This document shows, in pieces, positions 39,149 to 46,419 of a DNA stretch of 46,419 nucleotides. The stretch's first letter is position 1; the number at the start of each line of letters is the position of its first letter. This DNA is from Methanobacteriota archaeon (lineage in GTDB: Archaea > Thermoplasmatota > Poseidoniia > Poseidoniales > Thalassarchaeaceae). Both the position numbers and the translations under genes were made by a program. The DNA lies in contig JAAZXI010000006.1 of assembly GCA_014240285.1 (NCBI GenBank), positions 1 through 46,419 on the forward strand. Direction: 5' to 3'. The notes beneath the pieces were generated by a model. The model had not been told where the DNA came from and ran no database searches. It saw only the letters and a program-made list of their open reading frames with translations.

Positions 39149-40357
39149 TCAGTCACCTAGGAACGCCTCGATACGATCGAGTGCCTCGGCGAGGACCTCG
39201 ACGGGCGGCAGGCAAACCATCCTGAAGTGACCACTGCCGTACTCAGGGGAGAAACCAGAGCCATGAACTAGCAGCACGTGATGCTGATGCAGTAGGTCGA
39301 GCACGAATGACTTGTCGTTGGCGGCTATCTCGGGGTCTGTGATTCTGACGAACAGGTAGAACGCGCCACCGGGGGCCTCGCACTCAAGCCCATCTATTGA
39401 TGCGATTCTTTTCAAGCAGTAGTCCATCCTCCTTCTGATTCTTTCACAATGGCCTTCGAGCCACCCCTGGTCGTCGACGAGGCCGGCTAGGAAGCCATGC
39501 TGAGCCGGAGTTGAGGCGCACAATCTGCTGCGGAGCAAGCGCTCGACGCCGTCACGCACGGCAACTAGGGTTCCGCTTGGATCATGCCAGGCCATGTAAC
39601 CGACCCTCCATCCGGGTGCGAAATAGACCTTTGAGACCCCATTCAGGGTGATTACCGGGGTGCTTTTGGAGCGTGAGGCTACCGAGCACTGTTGACCAGT
39701 GAAGTCTAGGCCGTCATAGATTTCATCTGCGACAATGGTGCATTTGGGCCAGTCGTTGGCTATGGCGATGAAAGAGTCGATCTCTTCGGGCTTGGCGACG
39801 TTGCCGGTTGGATTGTTTGGATTTATCAGCACTAGCAGCCTGACTGTATCATCCATCTTTGAGCGGATGTCCTCAAGATCGATTCGCCAGCCGTCTTCGG
39901 GATCCAGTCGATACTCCACCGTATTGCCTCCGTACATCTGGGGGTAAGCCATGTAGGGAGGATAGTGGGGGCCGGGTACAAGAACCGTGTCGCCCTCCTC
40001 TAGGAAAGCAGCGAAGATGACTTGCAACGCCTCTGTGACGCCGTGGGTCACATAGACATCATCAGGCGAGCAGTTCCATCCTTTGGCAGATTCGGCGAAT
40101 GCTATGGCGCTACGCAACTCAGGTATACCGTAGGAAGGACCGTAGCCGTTGTCCTGCCTGTCTAAGGCCGCCTTGAAAGCGGTAACCATGTGTTCTGGTG
40201 TCGGCAGGCCCTCGTAGGCCAACGGGTCTCCGATGTTGAGGCGTATGATTTCGTGACCCTGAGCCTCGAGCTCGACAGCGGGAATCACGACATCACGGAT
40301 AGCGTACTCAATCGCAGCGGCGCGGGTTGAGACGTCGACCTGTTCGACCACACTCAT
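39149..40357 (-). CDS. PLP-dependent class I/II aminotransferase (Asp/Ala aminotransferase-like)
   Basis: 402 aa with INPNNPTGN and SKVYFAPGWRVGY (PLP-lysine motif). Confidence 0.85.
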   Translation of the reverse strand: MSVVEQVDVSTRAAAIEYAIRDVVIPAVELEAQGHEIIRLNIGDPLAYEGLPTPEHMVTAFKAALDRQDNGYGPSYGIPELRSAIAFAESAKGWNCSPDDVYVTHGVTEALQVIFAAFLEEGDTVLVPGPHYPPYMAYPQMYGGNTVEYRLDPEDGWRIDLEDIRSKMDDTVRLLVLINPNNPTGNVAKPEEIDSFIAIANDWPKCTIVADEIYDGLDFTGQQCSVASRSKSTPVITLNGVSKVYFAPGWRVGYMAWHDPSGTLVAVRDGVERLLRSRLCASTPAQHGFLAGLVDDQGWLEGHCERIRRRMDYCLKRIASIDGLECEAPGGAFYLFVRITDPEIAANDKSFVLDLLHQHHVLLVHGSGFSPEYGSGHFRMVCLPPVEVLAEALDRIEAFLGD

Positions 40358-40400
40358 GCGTGATGTGTTTCCGCCATCAAATCGACGGATTGCAGATTGC

Positions 40401-43304
40401 TCAGATACCTAGTAGAGAGCGAGCCGCGTCGAGTGCGGCCGGAATCCCGTCGGGATTGGAGCCTCCTCCTTGGGCGATGGTCGGCCTGCCGCCCCCTCCT
40501 CCGCCGATGTGGCCTGATATGGCATTGAGTATCTCGACTGCGTTATGACGCTCGGCTGCAATGCTGTCCTCGGTCGAAGCGACGACGAGGGTGCCGCCTC
40601 CCTCACGGCTTCCGAGAACGGCTAGGGTAGGCATGGAAGCGTCGCGAGTCAGCTCGCCCAACATCGTCATCATCTGCTTGGAGTCTCCCTCTGACTCCAT
40701 CACCACGTAGCGGACACCGTCCTTTTCGACCGCAGAATCCCCACTACCTCCGGTCCGTAGTCTAACGATCTCGGCCTCCAGTGACTCAATCCTCTTCTGC
40801 TGCGATTTCCACTCCTCAAAGAAGCGGGAGACGGTTCGCGGCAGGTCATCGGGATGCACTCCGAGAATCTCGGAAGATTCGCTCAGGATGTGCTCCTGAC
40901 GCCGTGCGTGCTCGCGTGCCGTCTCACCTGCCACAATCTGCAGACGCTCTACCCCGTCTTGTACCTGACTCGACCTGATGATGCGTAACTCCCCTACTTC
41001 GCCAGCTTTGTCGTGGTGCGTGCCGCCACAGGCCTGAGTATCGTAGTCGCCTATCTTGATGATTCGTATCTGGCTGTGCTTGGGAGGGCCTCCCTGGTAG
41101 ATGTCGAAGCCAAAAGTGGTGTCGGCCTCGGCCCTGTCCATAACCAGTTTCTCTATTCCAGGATTCGATTCGATGACCTCGTTGGCCCTGTCTTCGATGC
41201 TGTCCAACTGCTCCCTCGTCAACCTAGAGTGATGGGTGATGTCGAGTCTTGCATAGCGAGCTCCCTTGTTCGATCCCGCCTGCCAGATGTGAGTTCCTAG
41301 CACCTCTCTAGCCGAGCCTCCGACGATGTGTACCGCCGTATGGTGATCCATCAGCTGCTTCCTCCGACCCCAGTCTACTACGCCGCTGGCAGGGCCGCTC
41401 ACCAGCGGTGCGTCGGTCAGGTGGACTATGACACCACCTTCGACCCTAGTGTCGAATACATTTACCGACGAGCCATTCTGCGACAGAATGCCTTGGTCGC
41501 CGAGTTGTCCGCCGCCCTCGGGGTAGAACAGGGAGCGATCGAGGATGACGACGTGCGTGGGCTCGCCGCCGACTTCGGAGGAGAGTTTTATCGAGTCTGC
41601 AGCCCCATCGGCGAGTGGGCTGCAGTGTAGCACTTCTGCGGCGAACTCCGTCGCACTGGTGTCTTCGTAATAGTCTGGAGAGGTCGCCGGCATAGAGTCC
41701 ACATCGACTATGCTCTGTCTCGCTCCAGTCTTGGCGGCGGCCTTGGTCATCTGGGCGTTTCGGGCCGCCATGTCTGCTGCGAAACCGACCCTGACAGACA
41801 GTTGATTCCAACCGAGTCCATATGCAATCGACACCGTCATCTCCGGATTCAGCCCCCTCTCCTCGGCGAGTCGAAACAGGGTCTCGTCGGGTACCTCGGT
41901 TGCGTCCGTCGGGAGTGTCTTCAGCGCCGTGCGCACGGCGGCCTCGCCCTTCCTCAGCATCTCGTAGTATCGGGCCTCCTCAAGTTCGAGGATTCTCAGA
42001 ATCCCCTCTCTCGACTGGTCGAAAGAAGATATGTCCAGATGGGTGTCCAGATGGTGCGCTCCGAGTTCGGCGAGGCTGACAGATGCACCGATACTGTCCT
42101 TCATCCTGCAAGCACGGCGAGCCAGCATCCTAGCGAGGTAGCCCGCCTTGGCGTTGCTTGGAACCAAACCATCACCTAGCATGTTGCAGAGAGCATGCAT
42201 GTGATCAGGTATTGCATAGATAGAAGACAGCGGCTCAGTCACTCGCTTTAACTGGTCTACCGTGAGCTCGATGCCTGTTTCAGAGAGCCTTTCTGCGAGT
42301 TTCTCGTACAGCGCCTGAACGTCGGTCCCGACATCTATGTTCAAGATTCCAGCAAGCCGTGAGAGCTCGCTGAGCAGAGCGTCCATGTCAACTCCCAAGC
42401 CCAATGAGGATACCATCGAGTCGAAGTCACTGAGTTGCTTCAGCCAAGCCACAGATTCGGGGTAGATTGCCTCGTAGATAGTCGGAGTTCCCGCTGCGGC
42501 CCAGCAGAACCTCTCGAGCCCGTAACCGGTGTCGATAATCTGCAGGTCCATCTCCTTGTAACGCAGACCCTTGATCTCAACGTCACCGTCGTCCGACTCC
42601 TCAAGACTCATGAACACCAGAGTGGCCAGTTCGAGCCCCCCTACGATTACCTCGAGGGCGGGGCCGGCGTTACCGCCACCTGACCAAGGATTCTCGACGT
42701 ACGTCAAGTCCTCGGGCCTGATGCCGAATGAATCGACAAGCATCTCGTCGCAGTAGCGCACGCACTGGTCTATCCAGTAAACGACGTCACCGTCTTTGGG
42801 ACGGTTGAAGGCGTGGTGGGCCATCATCTCGAAAGTGGACAAATGTCGTCCGGAACGACCTACTGCGGCCACATCAGTCAGCCTAATGCAGGGCTGACTG
42901 ATACCGAGCGGGTTGGCCGGAGGCGGAACCTGCCCACTCGTCACATGGGGCTGGAAGTCAGCTATGCTGGCTATGGTCAGGTGGATATCATCACGCCACC
43001 TAGCAATAATCGGGTAAGGCTCCACACGAGTGTGGCCGCGCTTTTCGAAGAAGTCGAGGAAGGCTTCCCTCATTGCATCCTTGAGGGGCTTTCCTCGCAT
43101 TGGGAAGCCCCCTATCGTAGGGTTGCCAATGAAGGTGTAAGGGTCCTCTGTCGAATCGCCACAAGTGGTGCGGCTGGCATCTCTCGTCCAGAAGCGCGCA
43201 CCGGTGACCCGGCAGGTCTTGCAGACATGTCCCGACTCCTCCCAGAAGGGTATGTGAATCTCTCCGAACGCCACGCTATTGCACCTTGCCTGCGTTACGT
43301 CCAT
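40401..43304 (-). CDS. alaS: Alanyl-tRNA synthetase (archaeal type)
   Basis: 967 aa. The archaeal N-terminal zinc-like segment is C..C...FWTR....CGD, then ..RW. Editing domain motifs HTAVH ... CGGTH are present. The C-terminus is DHHA1-like and rich in Gly (GGGGGRP). Confidence 0.95.
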   Translation of the reverse strand: MDVTQARCNSVAFGEIHIPFWEESGHVCKTCRVTGARFWTRDASRTTCGDSTEDPYTFIGNPTIGGFPMRGKPLKDAMREAFLDFFEKRGHTRVEPYPIIARWRDDIHLTIASIADFQPHVTSGQVPPPANPLGISQPCIRLTDVAAVGRSGRHLSTFEMMAHHAFNRPKDGDVVYWIDQCVRYCDEMLVDSFGIRPEDLTYVENPWSGGGNAGPALEVIVGGLELATLVFMSLEESDDGDVEIKGLRYKEMDLQIIDTGYGLERFCWAAAGTPTIYEAIYPESVAWLKQLSDFDSMVSSLGLGVDMDALLSELSRLAGILNIDVGTDVQALYEKLAERLSETGIELTVDQLKRVTEPLSSIYAIPDHMHALCNMLGDGLVPSNAKAGYLARMLARRACRMKDSIGASVSLAELGAHHLDTHLDISSFDQSREGILRILELEEARYYEMLRKGEAAVRTALKTLPTDATEVPDETLFRLAEERGLNPEMTVSIAYGLGWNQLSVRVGFAADMAARNAQMTKAAAKTGARQSIVDVDSMPATSPDYYEDTSATEFAAEVLHCSPLADGAADSIKLSSEVGGEPTHVVILDRSLFYPEGGGQLGDQGILSQNGSSVNVFDTRVEGGVIVHLTDAPLVSGPASGVVDWGRRKQLMDHHTAVHIVGGSAREVLGTHIWQAGSNKGARYARLDITHHSRLTREQLDSIEDRANEVIESNPGIEKLVMDRAEADTTFGFDIYQGGPPKHSQIRIIKIGDYDTQACGGTHHDKAGEVGELRIIRSSQVQDGVERLQIVAGETAREHARRQEHILSESSEILGVHPDDLPRTVSRFFEEWKSQQKRIESLEAEIVRLRTGGSGDSAVEKDGVRYVVMESEGDSKQMMTMLGELTRDASMPTLAVLGSREGGGTLVVASTEDSIAAERHNAVEILNAISGHIGGGGGGRPTIAQGGGSNPDGIPAALDAARSLLGI

Positions 43305-43379
43305 CGAACGGGTGGTCTTGAAGGCGATTGTGCGAGGACGGCCCGTTGCGTTGAAAGCAAAGGCGCAGCAGGCTTGGTC

Positions 43380-44852
43380 ATGGCAGCCGAGTGGAGAGAT
43401 TTTCTCGAACCATCAGGCCCGGGCAGGATGCGTATCTCAAAGCACGGCAGCATGCTCACCGATGCCATCCTGATAGCCGATGAGCAGCATATGGCAGAGC
43501 ACTCGGACGACCGTTCTCCCACTCAGCTCGTCAACACTGCCTGCCTTCCTGGAATCGTCGGTGAGGCTTGGGCGATGGCCGACTGGCACTTCGGCTACGG
43601 CTTCCCGATAGGAGGGGTCGTGGCGACTGATGTGAATGCGGGTGAGCAGGGTGGGGCGATATCCCCTGGAGGAGTCGGGTTTGACATCAACTGCGGAGTC
43701 AGGCTGTGCTCTACTGAGATGACTCTGGACGATGTCGACCCCAAGGCACTGGTCGCAAGCCTCGCTCGCTCGGTTCCTGCCGGGGCGAGCCGCAAGGGGG
43801 GAGTCAACCTGAATGCCAGCGAGATTGAATCTGTCCTCTCGGATGGCGCGGGCGCTGCGATAGACCTTGGATGGGGAGAATCGCGCGATCTAGCGGCCAT
43901 TGAGTCAAACGGTAGGCTAGAGAGTTCTGAGAGAAATGTCGGTGAGCGCGCGCTCAAGCGCGGCTCGACAGCGCTTGGTACCCTCGGCTCGGGCAACCAC
44001 TTCCTCGAATTACAGGTAGTCGACAGGATAGTCGATCAGTACGCCGCCTCAGCCTTTGGCCTCCGACAGGGGCAGGTGACAGCCATGATTCACACCGGTT
44101 CCAGAGGGCTCGGGCACCAAGTTTGCACCGAGCACGTTGCTGCGATTGAGTCCAAGTACAGTAGGGACGGTGATGCTTGGCACTCGCCGGAGTGGGGAAT
44201 CAGGCTCGCAGATCGCCAGCTCGCAGCAGCCCCTATACACAGCCGCGAGGGAGCGGCCTACCTAGATGCGATGAGCGCTGCGGGCAACTACGCCTTCGCT
44301 AACCGCTCGGCTCTGACACAGAGGCTGCGCGAGGCACTGCGCGCGCAACACGGGCGAGATGGCGAGCTGGATGTCGTCTACGACGTGAGTCACAACATCG
44401 CCAAGATTGAGGAGCACCGTGTGCACGGCACCTCCTGCACCTGCTGCGTGCACCGTAAGGGCGCCACCAGAGCACTCGGAGGAGACCATCCAGAACTGGC
44501 GGCCGCATTTTCAGGAGTTGGGCAGCCGGTTCTGGTCCCCGGCGACATGGGGACTGCCTCGTGGGTGCTTGCTGGACCAACCTCTGGAGGCAATGATGCC
44601 TTCTCGTCTTCCTGCCACGGGGCTGGTCGCAGACTCTCACGCACCGCTGCACGCAAGAGTGTCGACTCCGACGCCCTGATAGAGATGCTCGAGGCACGTG
44701 GCATCCATGTCAGAGTCAAGACTCCGAATGTCATCTCAGAAGAGGCGCCTGAGGCCTACAAGGACGTCGACGAGGTCATCCGACTGACTGGCGAAGCTGG
44801 GCTGGCTAGACCTGTGGCTAGATTGCGGCCGATAGCGGTAATCAAGGGCTAG
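43380..44852 (+). CDS. rtcB: RNA-splicing ligase RtcB
   Basis: Carries GYGFPIGGV, GSGNHF, HTGSRGLGHQV, SHNIA, HRKGATRA, PGDMGT and CHGAGR. The track ORF from GTG 42813 was trimmed to ATG 43380, 75 nt from the divergent alaS start. Confidence 0.9.
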   Translation: MAAEWRDFLEPSGPGRMRISKHGSMLTDAILIADEQHMAEHSDDRSPTQLVNTACLPGIVGEAWAMADWHFGYGFPIGGVVATDVNAGEQGGAISPGGVGFDINCGVRLCSTEMTLDDVDPKALVASLARSVPAGASRKGGVNLNASEIESVLSDGAGAAIDLGWGESRDLAAIESNGRLESSERNVGERALKRGSTALGTLGSGNHFLELQVVDRIVDQYAASAFGLRQGQVTAMIHTGSRGLGHQVCTEHVAAIESKYSRDGDAWHSPEWGIRLADRQLAAAPIHSREGAAYLDAMSAAGNYAFANRSALTQRLREALRAQHGRDGELDVVYDVSHNIAKIEEHRVHGTSCTCCVHRKGATRALGGDHPELAAAFSGVGQPVLVPGDMGTASWVLAGPTSGGNDAFSSSCHGAGRRLSRTAARKSVDSDALIEMLEARGIHVRVKTPNVISEEAPEAYKDVDEVIRLTGEAGLARPVARLRPIAVIKG

Positions 44853-45343
44853 TCTTCCTTGTCACGATAGTGGATCTCAATTACGTCGCCGTCTTGCATA
44901 ACATAATTCTGGTACTCATCGTTCAACTCACCGTTGACATACATCACCACCTCGCTATCCTCATCGACGACGCTATTGAGTATCTGGTTCTCGTTGAAGG
45001 TCTCGCCCCAGATCTCAAAGAAGGCACCAACTGGAGCGTCCATCGTGGAAGGAGTTTCGACGTGCAGTTTTCCGGTCGCATCATGGGTGTGTATCCCCCT
45101 CATCCCATCACACGAAGTATCGTCAATGCCGATATTAGCAGCTATATTGACTTCAGAGCCATCGAGAAAAATCTTGATAGTTGGATGGTAGTGAGCGACA
45201 ATAGGATTGCTGCTGTGCTCACTCCCTAGGCAGACATCCACTATCTCCCAGTCATCATCGACCAGCGTGGATGGCGACAATAGTACCACTGCGACAAAAG
45301 CGGTGGTCATCAGTCCGGCACCCAGCAGTAAAACCGACTCCAT
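44849..45343 (-). CDS. Membrane-anchored conserved hypothetical protein with HYHP ... HTHD motifs
   Basis: TM anchor VLLLGAGLMTTAFVAVVLL, then AHYHPTIKIFLDG..V.I..NIGID...C....GIHTHDATGKLHVE. ATG 45343 is preferred; ATG 45400 is possible. The 3' end overlaps rtcB by 4 nt. Confidence 0.55.
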   Translation of the reverse strand: MESVLLLGAGLMTTAFVAVVLLSPSTLVDDDWEIVDVCLGSEHSSNPIVAHYHPTIKIFLDGSEVNIAANIGIDDTSCDGMRGIHTHDATGKLHVETPSTMDAPVGAFFEIWGETFNENQILNSVVDEDSEVVMYVNGELNDEYQNYVMQDGDVIEIHYRDKED

Positions 45344-45400
45344 CTTCACAGTATCCGGACATACGCATTCGTCTTGAACCATGAGGCTGTGCACCCCCAT

Positions 45401-46018
45401 ATGCCGGTGGCAGGCGAGGTTCCCGAGTATTGGGGTGCGGCCAAGGCGGAACTGTCTGCTGCCGATTCGGCCCTAGCAAAGGTCATCGAACGGAACGAGG
45501 AGTCAGTCCTCTCCTCGAAGGGGGACCTGTTCCTCAATCTAGTCTCAGCCATCGTCAGCCAACAGATATCGACTGCCGCAGCACGGACAATCTGGGGCAG
45601 GTTTGAGGGTCTCGTCGGCGAAGTGAATCCTAAGTCAGTGCTGTCACGCAGTCATGAAGAGTTGCGAGGATGTGGGCTGTCGGGACGCAAGGCTGAGTAC
45701 ATCCTCGGGATAGCCGAGGCGTGGCAGAGCGGGTACGCCGACATCGACTGGGACGAGATGAGTGATTTTGAGGTGATGGCTGCTCTCATTAAACTCAGAG
45801 GAGTGGGGACTTGGACTGTGGAGATGATTCTGATCTTCACACTGCTCAGGCCCGATGTCTTCCCGGTGGGCGACATAGGAGTGGTGCGTGCGGTCGAACG
45901 ACTGTACTCCGAAGGTGAACGAATGAGCAACGATGAGCTGATTGCCAAGTCGCAGGACTGGAGACCCTGGAGGACGGTAGCGACATGGTACCTGTGGCGC
46001 AGTATCGACCCGGAGTAG
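45401..46018 (+). CDS. HhH-GPD base-excision DNA glycosylase (AlkA / 3-methyladenine glycosylase II-like)
   Basis: Helix-hairpin-helix LRGVGTWTVEMILIF followed by FPVGDIGVVRAV (catalytic Asp). TTG 45374 was trimmed to ATG 45401. Confidence 0.75.
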   Translation: MPVAGEVPEYWGAAKAELSAADSALAKVIERNEESVLSSKGDLFLNLVSAIVSQQISTAAARTIWGRFEGLVGEVNPKSVLSRSHEELRGCGLSGRKAEYILGIAEAWQSGYADIDWDEMSDFEVMAALIKLRGVGTWTVEMILIFTLLRPDVFPVGDIGVVRAVERLYSEGERMSNDELIAKSQDWRPWRTVATWYLWRSIDPE

Positions 46019-46029
46019 GTCAGTACTGA

Positions 46030-46212
46030 CTACATGCAGTATCCACGTTTCGGTTGATCGGGTATCGACGGGGCTGCTCCAGTCTGCACACCATCGGCCT
46101 CTTCCATTATGATCGTGAGCAGCGTGTTGACGAGGGTCTTGAGCTCCTCGACCTCCTCTCTGAGGTCATCGAAAGTCCCAGCCTCGCTGTCATCAGGCAC
46201 CGCGCATCCCAT
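46030..46212 (-). CDS. Possible small acidic coiled-coil ORF (60 aa from ATG; 82 aa from TTG 46278)
   Basis: Only an open frame with a plausible helical acidic segment (DDLREEVEELKTLVNTLLTII). No family recognised. Confidence 0.25.
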   Translation of the reverse strand: MGCAVPDDSEAGTFDDLREEVEELKTLVNTLLTIIMEEADGVQTGAAPSIPDQPKRGYCM

Positions 46213-46320
46213 CCCGAGGAATCGCTTCCTCAAACGGGCGAGCGCTGTCCTGTGGCCTATAAACACGGGAGGTAGCAAACTAGGGGTAGATGTGGTTGGA
46301 AGGGTGGATTCTGTAAACCG

Positions 46321-46419
46321 TCACTCTACTTCCTCTTCCGGTTCCTCTTCCTCAGACTTCCAAGAGTCGTCCTCGTAGTAGTCCTCCTCTTCGTCCTCAT
46401 AGTAGTAGTCTTCACTATC
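46321..46419 (-). CDS. C-terminal acidic Tyr/Glu/Asp-rich tail of a gene that starts beyond the right edge
   Basis: The frame is open from the window edge to TGA at 46323..46321: DSEDYYYEDEEEDYYEDDSWKSEEEEPEEEVE*. Confidence 0.3.
   Translation of the reverse strand, partial: DSEDYYYEDEEEDYYEDDSWKSEEEEPEEEVE

Noticed and set aside
42813-43379. 5' extension of the rtcB ORF (track start GTG 42813), giving a 679-aa protein
   Set aside because: The extension overlaps the alaS coding region on the opposite strand and matches nothing in RtcB. The RtcB homology begins just after ATG 43380, which gives a normal ~490-aa protein.

Overview
This is a 46.4-kb, very gene-dense chromosomal segment from an archaeon. 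Spot counts give mid-50s % GC, and roughly nine-tenths of the window is coding. No rRNA gene, CRISPR array, transposase or integrase was seen.

Archaeal hallmarks:
- aEF-1beta, RNA polymerase subunit L, Cbf5 and TruD
- archaeal-type CMP kinase and a DUF106/YidC-like insertase
- GPN-loop GTPase and a DGGGP-synthase-like UbiA prenyltransferase
- archaeal AlaRS, plus RtcB and archease
- a type-A RNase P RNA hidden under a pile of spurious ORFs
- three tRNAs (Lys-CTT, His-GTG, Glu-CTC), all with genomically encoded CCA

Envelope and accessory genes sit between the housekeeping genes:
- two MMPL/RND-like exporters
- a translationally coupled thioredoxin-fold (CPYC) + VKOR disulfide module
- three large surface proteins: a CARDB-type 791 aa protein, an ELWxxDGT-repeat lipoprotein and a 1014-aa thrombospondin-type-3 repeat protein

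Observations I rate most worth follow-up:
1. An 856/874-aa protein with no signal peptide. It has a Pro10 run, repeated beta-sandwich-like modules, 13 PE dipeptides and a terminal zinc ribbon. It heads a co-directional string with a zinc-ribbon-tailed membrane insertase, cmk and cbf5.
2. A low-GC single-gene island directly 3' of tRNA-Glu.
3. An unlisted 55-aa half-degenerate zinc-ribbon ORF upstream of aEF-1beta.
4. A 370-aa protein that looks internally duplicated.
5. A single 218-nt convergent spacer in a genome whose other convergent gene pairs abut or overlap.

None of these is demonstrably a new system from sequence alone.

The lineage guess (an uncultured marine Thermoplasmatota / group II-like euryarchaeon) is inference only. 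The ORF track translates GTG/TTG starts as M and reports the longest ORFs, so several starts were trimmed here.
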